A DNA stretch of 64,000 nt from Macrostomum hystrix (lineage: Eukaryota; Animalia; Platyhelminthes): NCBI GenBank assembly GCA_950097015.1, contig CATNEN010000005.1:434001-498000 (forward strand). The letters are read 5' to 3'. The notes beneath the pieces were generated by a model that was not told where the DNA came from, made no database searches, and was given only the letters and a program-made list of their open reading frames with translations. Of this stretch, positions 45,606 to 58,800 are shown piece after piece. Position 1 is the stretch's first letter, and each line of letters starts with the position of its first letter. The position numbers and the translations under genes were made by a program.

Positions 45606-46136
45606 CAGGGGTCGGCAAACTCCGGCCCGCGGGCCAGATGCGGCCCTCGAAGCTCCCAAATTCGGCCCGTTGCCCCTTCCGACACCTACAGTATCCTGTT
45701 AAATCTTTCCCCTGTTTCATCTTTCCCCTGTCTCGTCTCTTCCGTGTCTCATCTCTCCGCTGTCTCATCTCTCCCATGTCTCATCTCTCCCATGCCTCAT
45801 CTCTCCTCAGTCTCGTCTCTCCCGTGTCTCGTCTCTCCACAGTATCGTCTCTCCCGTGTCTCATCTCTCCTCAGTCTCGTCTCTCCCGTGTCCCATCTCT
45901 CCACTGTCTCATCTCTCCTCAGTCTCATCTCTCCTCAGTCTCGTCTCTCCCATGTCTCATCTCTCCCATGTCTCATCTCTCCTCAGTCTCGTCTCTCCCA
46001 TGTCTCATCTCTCCTCAGTCTCGTCTCTCCCGTGCCCCAGCTCTCCCCTATCTCATCTTTCTACAGGCAATGCGGCCCGCTGCCGTCTTTTAGGTTTTCT
46101 TTTTGGCCCACTAGCTAATAAGTTTGCCGACCCCTG
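45606..46136. mobile_element. hAT (Charlie-like) MITE containing a CT-rich ~16-bp minisatellite
   Basis: TIR CAGGGGTCGGCAAACT / AGTTTGCCGACCCCTG. ATTTAGAT flanks both sides (left copy offset by 3 nt). Internal GTCTCATCTCTCC repeats at ~45715-46065. Confidence 0.78.
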
Positions 46137-46355
46137 ATTTAGATGCAGGAAAGTCCTATCTGAAGCTCGTATATTTGTGCAGTTTTTTACTGGAGTAGAT
46201 GCAGTATGAGCAGTATGATGATGCAGTATGACTGTGCGCATCCATGAATTAAGTAAAAAAATTCTTTGTCAATAAGCGCGTCTCGTCAAGTGATTTTTTA
46301 ATTGTTAAATGTTTAGCGATGCTCATGTGATCCCAGGCATGGCTGACCTGCTCGG

Positions 46356-46394
46356 CGGGTTAACGTCGTAGACCCGTAATTACCATGCACTAGT
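46356..46394 (+). mobile_element. Possible Helitron 3' terminus
   Basis: CGGGT...ACCCG hairpin followed about 13 nt later by CTAG|T; matching 5' end not identified. Confidence 0.3.
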
Positions 46395-48169
46395 AGAAGT
46401 ACGTTGCAGAAAAAAACTCTTTATTAACTTAGTTTGCTCAAAAATAGAGATGACTCAAATGTGATTTACTGCTGTATTCCAAAAATTGTTTTCAAAATAT
46501 TTTTAAAAGCTGGCTAACAGTTATCCCCTAAAGAATATTCCATACTGACTCCGATAATACAGTATTTAAACATAAAGTGCTAATTGCACCCTATCGCCTT
46601 AAAAGGCAATCCAAACCTAAAACTGGTTTGATCCAGATTTTCGAAAATAGCCCACATACGTTCTCTAACGACGCTGCTCTGTTGATTGCATAGAGTTGAG
46701 AAACACTTTGATTGGCTACCGTCCAGAAATATTGTCATACGCTAACTACACTACACAAATAAGTAGTGCAAAACGTTTTCTTTCTCATAAAAGAACCAAA
46801 AATGTATTGAAAGAGAACATTTGCACAAAAGCGCAGACGACTTAAAAATCAACAAAAGCAATAAAATAACAGACCTTCTAGCACTATCCTTCGCTAGTTG
46901 ATAATAGTTTCTTTTTATTTTTTGCTGGCAAATAAAATGTTATTAAATAAATAAAAAATAAATAAATACAGTGTATTCTGTGACTAAATCTTACTTTTCA
47001 GAGATAGTTAAAAAAATCATTGAGAAAAAATTTGAAACCAAAACCAGACCAGTACATAGTGTACTTTACCAGCTATCCAAAGTAACGTGTTTCAAAACTT
47101 ATAATTAACGACTAAAAAAATAGAAACTTAGCCTTAGTGCTATGCAATCAGATTTCTACATCATTAGTCATTTATTAAATAAGAAGCTATAACTTTGTAT
47201 TGCAAACTGAATAACGGCCAGAAGACAACATATTTAGGGTCATGAAGTAAACACAAGATTGCATATTTTAGGTAAGGTCTATTTGTCATGAGAAAAATAT
47301 AGAAGATGCACTCCTCTATGTACTAGAAATTAAATAGATAAAAGTGATATTAGCAGCTTTACCGGGCTAAAAATTGACTAAAGTCTCACAAAATAACCCT
47401 TGTTCCGGTTAAAACATTTGAATAAAGCACTAATAAAAGTATAAGTATTATTTCATACGTAACACAACTGACTACTTGGCCTACTTAAAGTAGAACAGAA
47501 GGCATATTATTGTTAAAGTTTAATATAAATGGGCCAAAGAGTGTGTGACAGCAAGCAAAAACTTCGGACGAAAGCGCAGAACTGATATTACTGTGAGTAG
47601 TAATAAAATAGCACACAGGGATTTATAATTTAAGGATAACATATATCTAATGGAGACAAAATCTAGTTTAAAGCATAGCTACTAAATAACTATAGTAGAA
47701 TTTATCTAAGGTCGTTTAATATTTGTTCTAAAATGAGCGCAATATTAATAATACCAACTAAAAGTGAGGCCAGTTATAATGTGCACAATAATAGTTAGCA
47801 AAATGAAAGAAGCGCCACCGTAACTAATAAAATAAGTAGAAAGAACAGCTTACACCGACCGACTTGAAATACCAGGAACAACAAACACAGCAGTAGCAAC
47901 AGCAGCAGGGGTAACAGAAGCAAGAGAGAGAAAAGGTGGTAAACACGATATAATAAATCTAACTGGAAAGACAACGAAACAAAGAAAAGCATAAAAAACG
48001 CAACAGAGCCAAATATTATTCGTTTTTTCTATCTCATCGACTAATAGTAGTACACAAGCGATTTAGCGCGCGGATTTGAAATTTGTAACCATTTTGAAAA
48101 CGAATAAATTGAAGAACTATCAGCTTTAGTTATTGATAAAAAACTTCATTAGTTAACTCCAGTAGCAGT

Positions 48170-51100
48170 TCAATAAAGCCCATTTCCTGATCCACCAGTA
48201 GACGAAGATCCAGCGGAGGCGGCAGCAGCAGCAACAGCAGCAGCCTGCTGGGAGCGGCTTGGGTCCAGTGTGTGACGCAGCTGCTGCAACCAAGCCCTGA
48301 TGCTCGAGTCCTGCTGCATTACCTCCTATTGAAATAAAGGAGATAAATTCGGCCTGGATTTAACAGGAGAAGGAACAAAAGGTGGAAGGAATAAAGGGAA
48401 GAAGGAATAAAGGGGAAGAAGGAAAAAAGGGGAAGAAGGAAAAGAGGGGAAGAAGGAAAAAAGGGGAAGAAGGAAAAAGGGGGAAGAGGGAATAAAGGGG
48501 GAGAAGGAAAATATAGGAAGAAGGAATAAAGGGGAAGAGGGAAAAAGGGGAAGAAGAAAAAAGGGGAAGAGGGAAAAAAGGGGAAGAGGGAATAAAGGGG
48601 GAGAAGGAATAAAGGGGAAGAAGGAAAATATAGGAAGAAGGAATAAAGGGGAAGAGGGAAAAAAGGGGAAGATGGAAAAAAGGGGGAAGAGGGAATAAAG
48701 AGGGAGAAGGAATAAAGGGGAAGAGGGAAAAAGGGGAAGAAGGAATAAAGGGGAAGAAGGAATAAAGGGGAAGAAGGAATAAAGGGGAAGAAGGAAAAAA
48801 GGGGAAGAAGGAAAAGAGGGGAAGAAGGAAAAAAGAGGAAGAAGGAAAAAAGGGGAAGAGGGAATAAAGGGGAAGAAGGAATAAAGGGGAAGAGGGAAAA
48901 AAGTGGAAGAAGGAATAAAGGGGAAGAAGGAATAAAGGGGAAGAAGGAATAAAGGGGAAGAAGGAATAAAGGGGAAGAAGGAATAAAGGGGAAGAAGGAA
49001 TAAAGGGGAAGAGGGAAAAAAGGGGAAGAAGGAATAAAGGGGAAGAGGGAATAAATGGGAATAAGGAATAAAGGGGAAGAAGGAATAAAGGGGAAGAAGG
49101 AATAAAGGGGAAGAGGGAAAAAAGGGGAAGAAGGAATAAAGGGGAAGAAGGAATAAAGGGGAAGAGGGAAAAAAGGGGAAGAAGGAATAAAGGGGAAGAA
49201 GGAATAAAGGGGAAGAGGGAAAAAAGGGGAAGAAGGAATAAAGGGGAAGAAGGAATAAAGGGGAAGAAGGAATAAAGGGGAAGAGGGAAAAAAGGGGAAG
49301 AAGGAATAAAGGGGAAGAGGGAATAAATGGGAATAAGGAATAAAGGGGAAGAAGGAATAAAGGGGAAGAAGGAATAAAGGGGAAGAAGGAATAAATGGGA
49401 AGAAGGAATAAAGGGGAAGAAGGAAAAAAGGAAGAGGAAAAAGGGGAAGAGGGAATAAAGGGGAATAAGGAATAAAGGGGAAGAAGGAAAAAAGGGGAAG
49501 AAGGAACAAAGGGAAAGAAGGAATTAAGCGGAAGAATTAATTAAGGAGAAGAAGGAAAAATGAGAAGAAGGAACAAAGGAGAAGATGGAATAAAGGGGAG
49601 AAGAGACTAAACCATGCAAAAACGATCTAATTTAGACGGATTTAGAGAGTAAATCCCTCATCATTGAATAATAATCCCATTGTCTCACCTGAAAGGTATC
49701 ATCCCGCAGTGCCTCAGGCAGGGTGGTGACAAGTGCCTGCCTGGCCCTAGGATTATCAGCCAGTCTAGTGTAGCATCGCACCACAGGTTTGAGCAGTCGG
49801 GCGCTCATCTCTCTAGATAGAAACTGTACCATCTTATTGAGAATGGCGCCAACGTGTGCAAACCGATCGTAGGTCTGGCATATATAAGCTAGGCCAGTCT
49901 CGTCCATTAGAACTTTTTGCAGAATAAACGTTGCAACAGTCTTACTCAACTCGGATCCAGTCTCCATAATTCTTAAACACAATGGTATAATTTCGGTGTG
50001 CAACAGAAACGTAATCACTTCCCTATCGTCGGCTTTGACAAGCGCGCCAATAACGCCTAGCGAAGTTAAGCGCAGATACTCAAAGGGCCTGGTTCGACTT
50101 GAAGTATGAAGAAACGGATAGAGATAGAGCGGTATATAGGCCTGCAGAAAACCAGATCTGGTCTCCGGGTGCGAGGCGACACACTGCAGCAGGGCCAGGG
50201 CGTGACACACTCGGTTCGATTGGTGTGCCTAAATGGGGGGAGGATGTAGGCGAGGACACTGGCATAAATGGAATTAGGCTAAGGAATGGCGTTTAAGTTT
50301 TTATCTCCCAGTCAGTCGGATTCTTTAAACAGTGTCTTCGACAGATTTTTCTGTTTCACTCCCTGTCTGAATTTTACTGTCATGCTGTTTCACTCCCAGT
50401 CTGTATTTTACTGTCATGCTGTTTCACTCCATGTCTGAATTTTACTGTCATGCTGTTTCACTCCCAGTCTGAATTTTACTGTCATGCTGTTTCACTCCCA
50501 GTCTGTATTTTACTGTCATGCTGTTTCACTCCCAGTCTGAATTTTACTGTCCAGCTGTTTCACTCCCTGTCTAATTTTACTGTCATGCTGTTTCACTCCC
50601 AGTCTGAATTTTACTGTCATGCTGTTTCACTCCCAGTCTGAATTTTACTGTCATGCTGTTTCACTCCCAGTCTGTATTTTACTGTCATGCTGTTTCACTC
50701 CCAGTCTGTATTTTACTGTCATGCTGTTTCACTCCCAGTCTGTATTTTACTGTCATGCTGTTTCACTCCCAGTCTGAATTTTACTGTCATGCTGTTTCAC
50801 TCCCAGTCTGAATTTTACTGTCATGCTGTTTCACTCCCAGTCTGAATTTTACTGTCATGCTGTTTCACTCCCAGTCTGTATTTTACTGTCATGCTGTTTC
50901 ACTCCCTGTCTAATTTTACTGTCATGCTGTTTCACTCCCAGTCTGAATTTTACTGTCATGCTGTTTCACTCCCAGTCTGAATTTTACTGTCATGCTGTTT
51001 CACTCCCAGTCTGTATTTTACTGTCATGCTGTTTCACTCCCAGTCTGTATTTTACTGTCATGCTGTTTCACTCCCAGTCTGTATTTTACTGTCATGCTGT

Positions 51101-51639
51101 TTCACTCCCAGTCTGTATTTTACTGTCATGCTATTTCACTCCCAGTCTGTATTTTACTGTCATGCTGTTTCACTCCCTGTCTGTATTTTGCTGTCATGCT
51201 GTTTCAATCCCTGTCTGTATTCTCCTGTTCTGCTGTTTCCCTGTGTCTCATCGCTCACCGAAAGTACAGGCGGGTGAATGCACGGGTAGATGTGCACAAT
51301 TTCCTGCAACAGAGCGGCAATCGTGCCAAACGAGTTCCAGAGCAGCGGCGCCAAATCTGGGATTGAGTCGCGCTTTCTGGAGAGCTCAAGTAGCGCGGTC
51401 TCGCGAGTGTCCGAGCTGTTTAATTCCAGAATCCACTTGTAGATAATGTCTTTATCCAGCTGCTGCTGCTGCTGCTGCTGCTGCTGAAGCTGAAGTTGCT
51501 GCTGAAGCTGGTGCTGGTGAATTGACGAATTTGTCGACGTCAATGCTTGCATGGATGTCGTAGTGTTAGAATTAGACAATGGCATTGAGCTCGCAATGCT
51601 CAAAGCCTGCAGGTGATGCTGATTAATCGATGCCGACAT
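48170..51639 (-). CDS. CNOT9: CCR4-NOT subunit 9 (RCD1/CAF40); exons 51639-51259, 50228-49689, 48325-48170 (358 aa)
   Basis: IYKWILEL...ALLELSRKR...[42 protein letters not shown] and [15 protein letters not shown]; phase-0 GT-AG introns; GCCGCCATG start. Confidence 0.96.
48385..49560. repeat. ~17-bp GGAATAAAGGGGAAGAA minisatellite (pyrimidine-rich on the gene strand) in CNOT9 intron 2
   Basis: Tandem copies run up to the acceptor. Confidence 0.93.
50350..51240. repeat. 34-bp minisatellite TTTTACTGTCATGCTGTTTCACTCCCAGTCTGTA in CNOT9 intron 1
   Basis: 34-nt period (50643, 50677). Confidence 0.96.
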
Positions 51640-51759
51640 GGCGGCAGGTGATCGATGACTGGGCAGCTGGAGGAGTAGGTTATTGAGTAGTTATTTAACT
51701 AGAGGTTGTGGACATAAATTAGTCTATTTTGAGAATATTAGAATGTCATTATCGGATCT

Positions 51760-52118
51760 AACTATGGGATCTGAGGGAATCTAACTATGGGATCTGAGGG
51801 AATCTAACTGTGGGATCTGGGGGAATCTAACTGTGGGATCTGAGGGAATCTGACTATGGGATCTGAGGGAATCTAACTGTGGGATCTGAGGGAATCTAAC
51901 TGTGGGATCTGAGGGAATCTGACTATGGGATCTGAGGGAATCTAACTGTGGGATCTGGGGGAATCTAACTATCGGATCTGAGGGAATCTAACTGTGGGAT
52001 CTGGGGGAATCTAACTGTGGGATCTGAGGGAATCTAACTGTGGGATCTGAGGGAATCTAACTATCGGATCTGAGGGAATCTAACTATGGGATCTGAGGGA
52101 ATCTAACTATCGGATCTG
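51760..52118. repeat. 23-bp minisatellite GGGATCTGAGGGAATCTAACTAT upstream of CNOT9
   Basis: About 15 tandem copies. Confidence 0.93.
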
Positions 52119-52858
52119 ATAGACTTATCTTGTAGTACTAAAATCAAATTTCAAAATTTAACTAACAAAAAGGCATAATCTAAGGTTCAATCTGGATTGC
52201 AAAATCAATTCAACTGTGATAAAAATGTTTTAAAAAGTAATCAAATTGGCTACTGATTGTTGATAGTAGTGTAAAGAAACTCTACTTGAAAAAATTCGAA
52301 TTTGAAAAAATACTTCACAAAGATGGCAATTTTAGACATAATTGGCCAAAACAGGAATGTTTCCTTGATTAAAAAAACTTAAGTGGCAAAAAAATATTGG
52401 GAAAAAAGTTGAGCGATACTACTTAGCGATACTAAGATACTACTTGAAAAATAGCACCAACTTAGTGAGTAGTAAATGTTAAGCCTTTTAAAATACTATT
52501 CAACTGTAAAAAACTTGACAAAATTAAATCAAGGTTAAATTTTAAAAGCTGAAAAAAATTAGCTTCAAATGTGCGAAACTGCCTACTATTTGGTTAGTAG
52601 CGCGCAGCACTATTAAAATTACCCAAATCCTAAAATTTGGGAAAATTAAAACAGTACACGTGACTTTACAAAAATGGCTAAGGAATTTAAGTGCGCCAAT
52701 CAGTGAGGCAACATGCTTTCAGATTCTAAGAAGTGACAATAAAATATTCAGAAAATAAATCGAGGTTTATAATTGTTCCCTCTAGCTAAAAAGATTGCAC
52801 AAAGCTTTTAGTTTTTTTGTTTCAGTTGAAGAGATTCAGAAGAATTTTATAATACATA

Positions 52859-55800
52859 TTAAAGGGCACTTCTGTTCAACGAATTGAAGATTCCACCGAC
52901 GCCACTTCCTCCAACTCCACCGCCACCGCCGCCTCCGCCGACGCCACCGCCGCCTCTGTCTCGCCTATTCAGATTTCTATTCGCTAATTTAGCAGCTCTA
53001 GCAGCCTGGAATTGATGCTTTCTACGTTCAAACTGGGCAATCTCTTCGTCTAATACGCGATTAGCCGCGTTTAACCTAGCCGACCAATCAGCGTGCTGCC
53101 GGTCTAGACCGTCTCGTCTAGCCAATAGGGCCGCTCTGTCTCGTTCAACCTCGGCGTCGGCTTCTTTGGCTAGTTTCAATCCGCGTTGTCTATGGCTTTC
53201 TTCAGCATTTCGCAAAGCAGCGGCGAATGATTCTCGCTGCCTATCGAACATTTCGCCTAGAGTTAAGCGACTGTCCTCGTTGAAGCCAAGCTCTAGTAGG
53301 CGACGACGGCGATAGTTTTCGTAATGCCAGTCGCTAGTCAGCTGGCGCAGGTGTTCAGTATTGTGCAGAAGCAGGGCGGCTCGCAATGGCGCAGTGTCGC
53401 AGTGGGTCTCATCGTCGACACAGACGGAGCCCCACGGATACTGGCGACCACGACCGGTGCGGCTGCCGCGAACGCTGCTCGGTAGGAGAACTATTTCATC
53501 GCCGCCAACTACAGCGAATGGAATTAGGGCCTGAAAGGGGCGATGAATACGGCAGGTCGTGCAGGCTCGTGCAATAATAATCATTTCGTGACACTAGACC
53601 CGCAGCCAGCGAGGTGGCGTCTCGCTGAATCCTGAGCAAACAAGCACTCAGGTGTGTGCATGTGACCTGACTTTCTCATTGTGCCTTGGAGGTTGACCCT
53701 CAAGGGCGTAAATTGCACCAAAAGCCCCCGAGCCTTCTCTCCGCGGCTGCGCCCAAATTAATGTGGCCTCGTACCGGAGTCGAGCTCAGGGATTTTGGTG
53801 CGAAAGGCAAACGCGTTAGACCTAGGCTTATGTAATGTAGGATTATGTAATGTAGGATTATGTAATGTAGGATTGTGTAATGTAGGATTGTGTAATGTAG
53901 GATTATGTAATGTAGGATTGTGTAATGTAGGATTATGTAATGTAGGATCACGTAATGTAGTATCATGTCATGTAGGATCATGTAATGTAGGATTATGTAA
54001 TGTAGGATCATGTAATGTAGTATCATGTAATGTAGGATTATGTAATGTAGGATTATGTTATGTAGGCTTAGGTAATGTAGGATTATGTAATGTAGGATTA
54101 TGTAATGTAGGCTTATGTAATGTAGGATTATGTAATGTAGTATCATGTAATGTACGATCATGTAATGTAGAATCGTGTTATGTAGGATTGAGTAAAGTAG
54201 GATTAAGTAATGTAGGGTAATGTAATAAAGTATAAAGTATTACTAATTTCAACTCACGTTAAGCTTCGCATTGGTATCTCCAACTTCATCTTCGTCTGTT
54301 GGAAACTCGCAAATTTTAATACCGTGATCCTTGAGATCGCTCAGTATCTACAGGTGGGCAATTAAAAATCCAAAACAATTAAATGATAAATAAAATCCAT
54401 AGCTTCATAATTGTCAAGCAGTTGTGTTTAACAAACCCGCGTTTTAAATTTCTGTAGATCAGATTTAGTTATGGTGTCTGATTTGGCAATCAGCGGCACA
54501 ATGTTGACGCGACCGTCCAAAGCTTTCAAAGTAACAACGTCCAATGGCTTTAACCTGAATAGAATTTCAATGCATTTTGACTGTTTTAGGCCAATTTTTG
54601 ATTCCTTAGAAAAATCGTTCCAGGCTACAAAAGGAAATTGTGATATCGACCGTAGCTACATAAGGAACGAGTGGAATCGAGCTTAGCTACATAGGAATGA
54701 GTGGAATCGACCGTAGCCACATTAGGGATAAGTGGAATCGACCGTAGCCACATTAGGGATAAGTGGAATCGACCGTAGCCACATTAGGGATGAGTGGAAT
54801 CGATCGTAGCCACATTAGGGATGAGTGGAATCGACCGTAGCCACATTAGGGATGAGTGGAATCGACCGTAGCCACATTAGGGATGAGTGGTATCGATCGT
54901 AGCCACAAAATAAATAAGTGGAATCGACCGTAGCCACATTAGGGATGAGTGGAATCGACCGTAGCCACATTAGGGATGAGTGGAATCGACCGTAGCCACA
55001 AAATACATAAGTGGAATCGACCGTAGCCACATTAGGGATGAGTCGAATCGATCGTAGCCACAAAATAAATAAGTGGAATCGACCGTAGCCACATTAGGGA
55101 TGACTGGAATCGACCGTAGCCACAAAATAAATAAGTGGAATCGACCGTAGCCACATTAGGGATGAGTGGAATCGACCGTAGCCACATTAGGGATGAGTGG
55201 TATCGATCGTAGCCACATTAGGGATGAGTGGAATCGACCGTAGCCACATTAGGGATGACTGGAATCGACCGTAGCCACAAAATAAATAAGTGGAATCGAT
55301 CGTAGCCACATTAGGGATGAGTGGAATCGACCGTAGCCACATTAGGGATGAGTGGAATCGACCGTAGCCACAAAATAAATAAGTGGAATCGACCGTAGCC
55401 ACATTAGGGATGAGTGGAATCGACCGTAGCCACATTAGGGATGAGTGGAATCGACCGTAGCCACATTAGGGATGAGTCGAATCGATCGTAGCCACAAAAT
55501 AAATAAGTGGAATCGACCGTAGCCACATTAGGGATGAGTGGAATCGATCGTAGCCACAAAATAAATAAGTGGAATCGACCGTAGCCACATTAGGGATGAG
55601 TGGAATCGACCGTAGCCACAAAATAAATGAGTGGAATCGACCGATGCCTAATGAGGCTAAACAAACTAAATAAACAAGAAATATACTTCAGACTGATAAA
55701 AAAGCACTAACGAGTGTCCAGTAGGGGAGATGAAGTACAAGCAGACGTGCACCCGGGTATCGTGATAGGCCCGCATGTCGCGCTTAATTTTCATCTCCTC

Positions 55801-58800
55801 GCGTAGGTAGGCCTCAAACTGTCGATCAATAAAGTCGATGATGACAGCGGCTGAGTCCTCCTTGTTGAGCTGATCGCCAAAGCCGCTGGTCTCTGTGACG
55901 CTTAGTTTGAGTTTCACATTGCGCTCCTGCAGGTCTGCGTTGCGAAATTAATGCATTGAGAATTGAGAATTTCATTTCTTTACTATTGTGATTTAAAAGT
56001 TACTGATGTGCTGTAGACTGCTGAGCAGCCTCCAGGCAATCTGTAAGTCAGGCTGTTCTAGGTCTGTGGGAGGGCTGGGGTGTAGGTAGTTAGTGTTTCC
56101 CGTGCACTGTCACCTCCGCTCGCCACCCCCTCCGCTCTCTCTCTCTCTTTCCAGCTCTGTCTGCGCACTGAGTCACATTGCACACCATGGTGCAATCGCT
56201 TAAGTTCGGAAGAAGACTGGCAGAATAACGCTCATATGCTCCTACTATAAGTAGAGCACAGTCCGACGAATCCTTGAGATGGTTTTGGTATCATGGTAGC
56301 ACCATTTCTTGATATTGATGGCACGATTCTGTCTTCTTTTCTTCATGCGTTTCGTGTTCACATGCGTAGAGCCCCCCAGCGGCTCTAAGCCAATTCATTT
56401 TCTTTCTAAATCACTTAGAGAACATCCTCCCCTGCCCTCTAAAGTGACAGTGACAACTGCCCTTTATACCAAATTATGCTTCAGCCAAATAATAAATCAA
56501 CAAGCCCAAGCCCATACGCCCACCCCAATCTAGTTCAAGCTTGAAATCTTCGTAACTCAAAACTAGAAAACACTTCTCACCCCAATATCACCTACTTGCA
56601 GTAAGCTGGTAAGAAACTTGCCAAATGTATAAATATTTTAAATGAAATATAAATAATAGCTTGACAAATGCATTCGTTTTAATCCTCAATGCCTACCAAC
56701 ACATCCACATTGCATGCTTTTAGATTCTCCCTGTTTTATCTGATCCCCTCTTTGTGACGGATCCCCTTCTTGATGTTATATTCCCATGCAATGCCAATAT
56801 TTATTTTATTTTATTTTATTTTTTTAATTCTCTAAATACCTCGTTACATTAAAAAATTCGCAAACTTGGCAAAAAAGTTTTAAAATGCCAAAATAGACTA
56901 TGCAGCGGCGGCAGAGCCCCTCACGGGGCTGATCGGCGGGCAACTTTGCCCCATCGTGTAATCATCATCGTGTTCACTCACGTTTGCCTCCTATTGCGAC
57001 TGAGTAAGAATTCAAACTTGTAACTTCTGCAACTTATTGAGAGCTTGGCCGTATATCGCATTTAGAAGCAAGGTATACCGCCAAACTCAGAGCAGGGTTC
57101 CACGACGAGGAAGTCTTAGAGTGGATTCAGGAAGATCCCGAGGAAACAAGGTAATCTAGCCTGACTACCGGATTGTTCTACTGCCAAGACGCACCAGTGT
57201 TGAGGCCGGTAAAGATCCTCTCAGAATCTAGTTCCTGCCTTGGTCATTTTACCAATCGTGTGTGCCACGCTACCACAGGTACAACATTACCAAATTACTA
57301 GACTTCACTTTTTTTCCTAAAAGTTACCTCTTCGAGTTAATTTTTGTTAACGGAAATTTTGGTAACGATTACTTTGTCCTTTTAACGATTGGTAATCGTT
57401 ACTTTGTCCAAAACGTTACTTTTTCGTTACATTTTTTACAGAAAAATTGTGATAAAAATCGTAAATATTTTTTGAAAGTTACTTTTGGGAATTCTTTTTG
57501 GCAACTGAAATGCTGAGTAACGATCATTACTTTTTCGTCATATTTATCGTTAAATTAAGACAATTAAGACAAACTTTCTAGTGACAGTAGTGACAAACGA
57601 TTGTATTTATTTTAAATCTAGTAAAAGCGTACGTCAGTGGCAAACAGCAACAGCAATTACATTTTTTCTGTTTTTATATTTCAAAATGATTTTTACTGTC
57701 TTGCTAGTACCGATCGTTTAAAAATAACTTACCTAACATTGTGTAAATGTAAGTTCAAGTAATCTTTAACATAAGCAGGAAGCAGAATGCACATAAATAT
57801 GCTTACCAAAAGTATTGCACTTGATCTTCACCTGTAGATTATCATTAGATGATGGGCCGACATTGAATTTCTTATTGAATATGCTCTCAATAAGGGTGCT
57901 TTTGCCTAATCCAGTCTCGCCAATGCAAAGAATGTTAAACACGAAGCCATCCGAAAGCTGCTTCTGCACTTCCTGCTGTGGCAGCTTGTCGAAGCCAACA
58001 TAGCCATTCAGTGTCACAGTTCTGACCTCAGCTGAGCTCTGTTGTATTGGCGATTTTAGGAAATATTAATGTTTGTCTGAAAAATCTAGTTTTACTAACA
58101 GAATTCCTACTATTAAGTGCTTCACAAATATAATGGGGCGACTAGCTAAACTTTAGCCATTAAAGTAACAATCATATTTAAAAGTTCATTATGAACTAAC
58201 TATAATAGTTTGATATCCAAGCAGCTCTGGAAAAAATGTCATTAAGAAGTTGCACTATTTTATTTTCTTTGATTCAAAGGCTATATAGGCCTCACATTTT
58301 ATTATCAAAGCTACATTTATATTTAAACATTTTTAAGTAGCTATCTTTTAAGCTGACTTTAATAGGTCAGAAGTCCAACATGTTTTAAACCAACAATTTA
58401 AAGATTGATATTTAATTTTAAATCATTTGAATACTTTCAAATATGCACACTTTTATCAAGGTTTTTTAGATCAGCCACTGGTTGAATTCTTGGACTAAGT
58501 GCTTTAATATAGGCAAGGCTTTGGAATATACCCTTCAATATCAGGGTACACTACCTTAAAATTAATTAGCTATCTGAGCCATTTGTATAACCATTAACAA
58601 GGTAAGAGCAATAGTTACACCCATTTTACTAAGCAAAATGGGTCTGATTCTTCTATTCTAAGTGACTTTTCTAGTACCTATAAAACCAAAATTATAGAAG
58701 CTAAGTAGCTTTTATTTTATTAAAATATACTTTTTGGCTGTACTATTATAGTAACTTTTTAGAACATATAGCCTCAAAGAAACAGAACCCAAAAATCTGG

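Noticed and set aside
48319-49509. 396-aa F/L/P/S-rich ORF, and similar repeat ORFs at 33442-33924, 50450-51446, 53700-54220 and 62306-62903
   Set aside because: Translations of intronic or subterminal minisatellites; the real exons flank them.
54655-55645. CRISPR-like appearance: a constant 21-nt block alternating with variable 10-nt segments
   Set aside because: Only two recurring variants alternate, there are no unique spacers or cas genes, and the array lies in a spliceosomal intron; it is a two-monomer minisatellite.
56900-57560. Possible piggyBac-like fragment (peptide [13 protein letters not shown] and GTTAC-rich repeats) in a septin intron
   Set aside because: No TTAA-flanked TIRs or catalytic motifs could be found; evidence is too weak to call.
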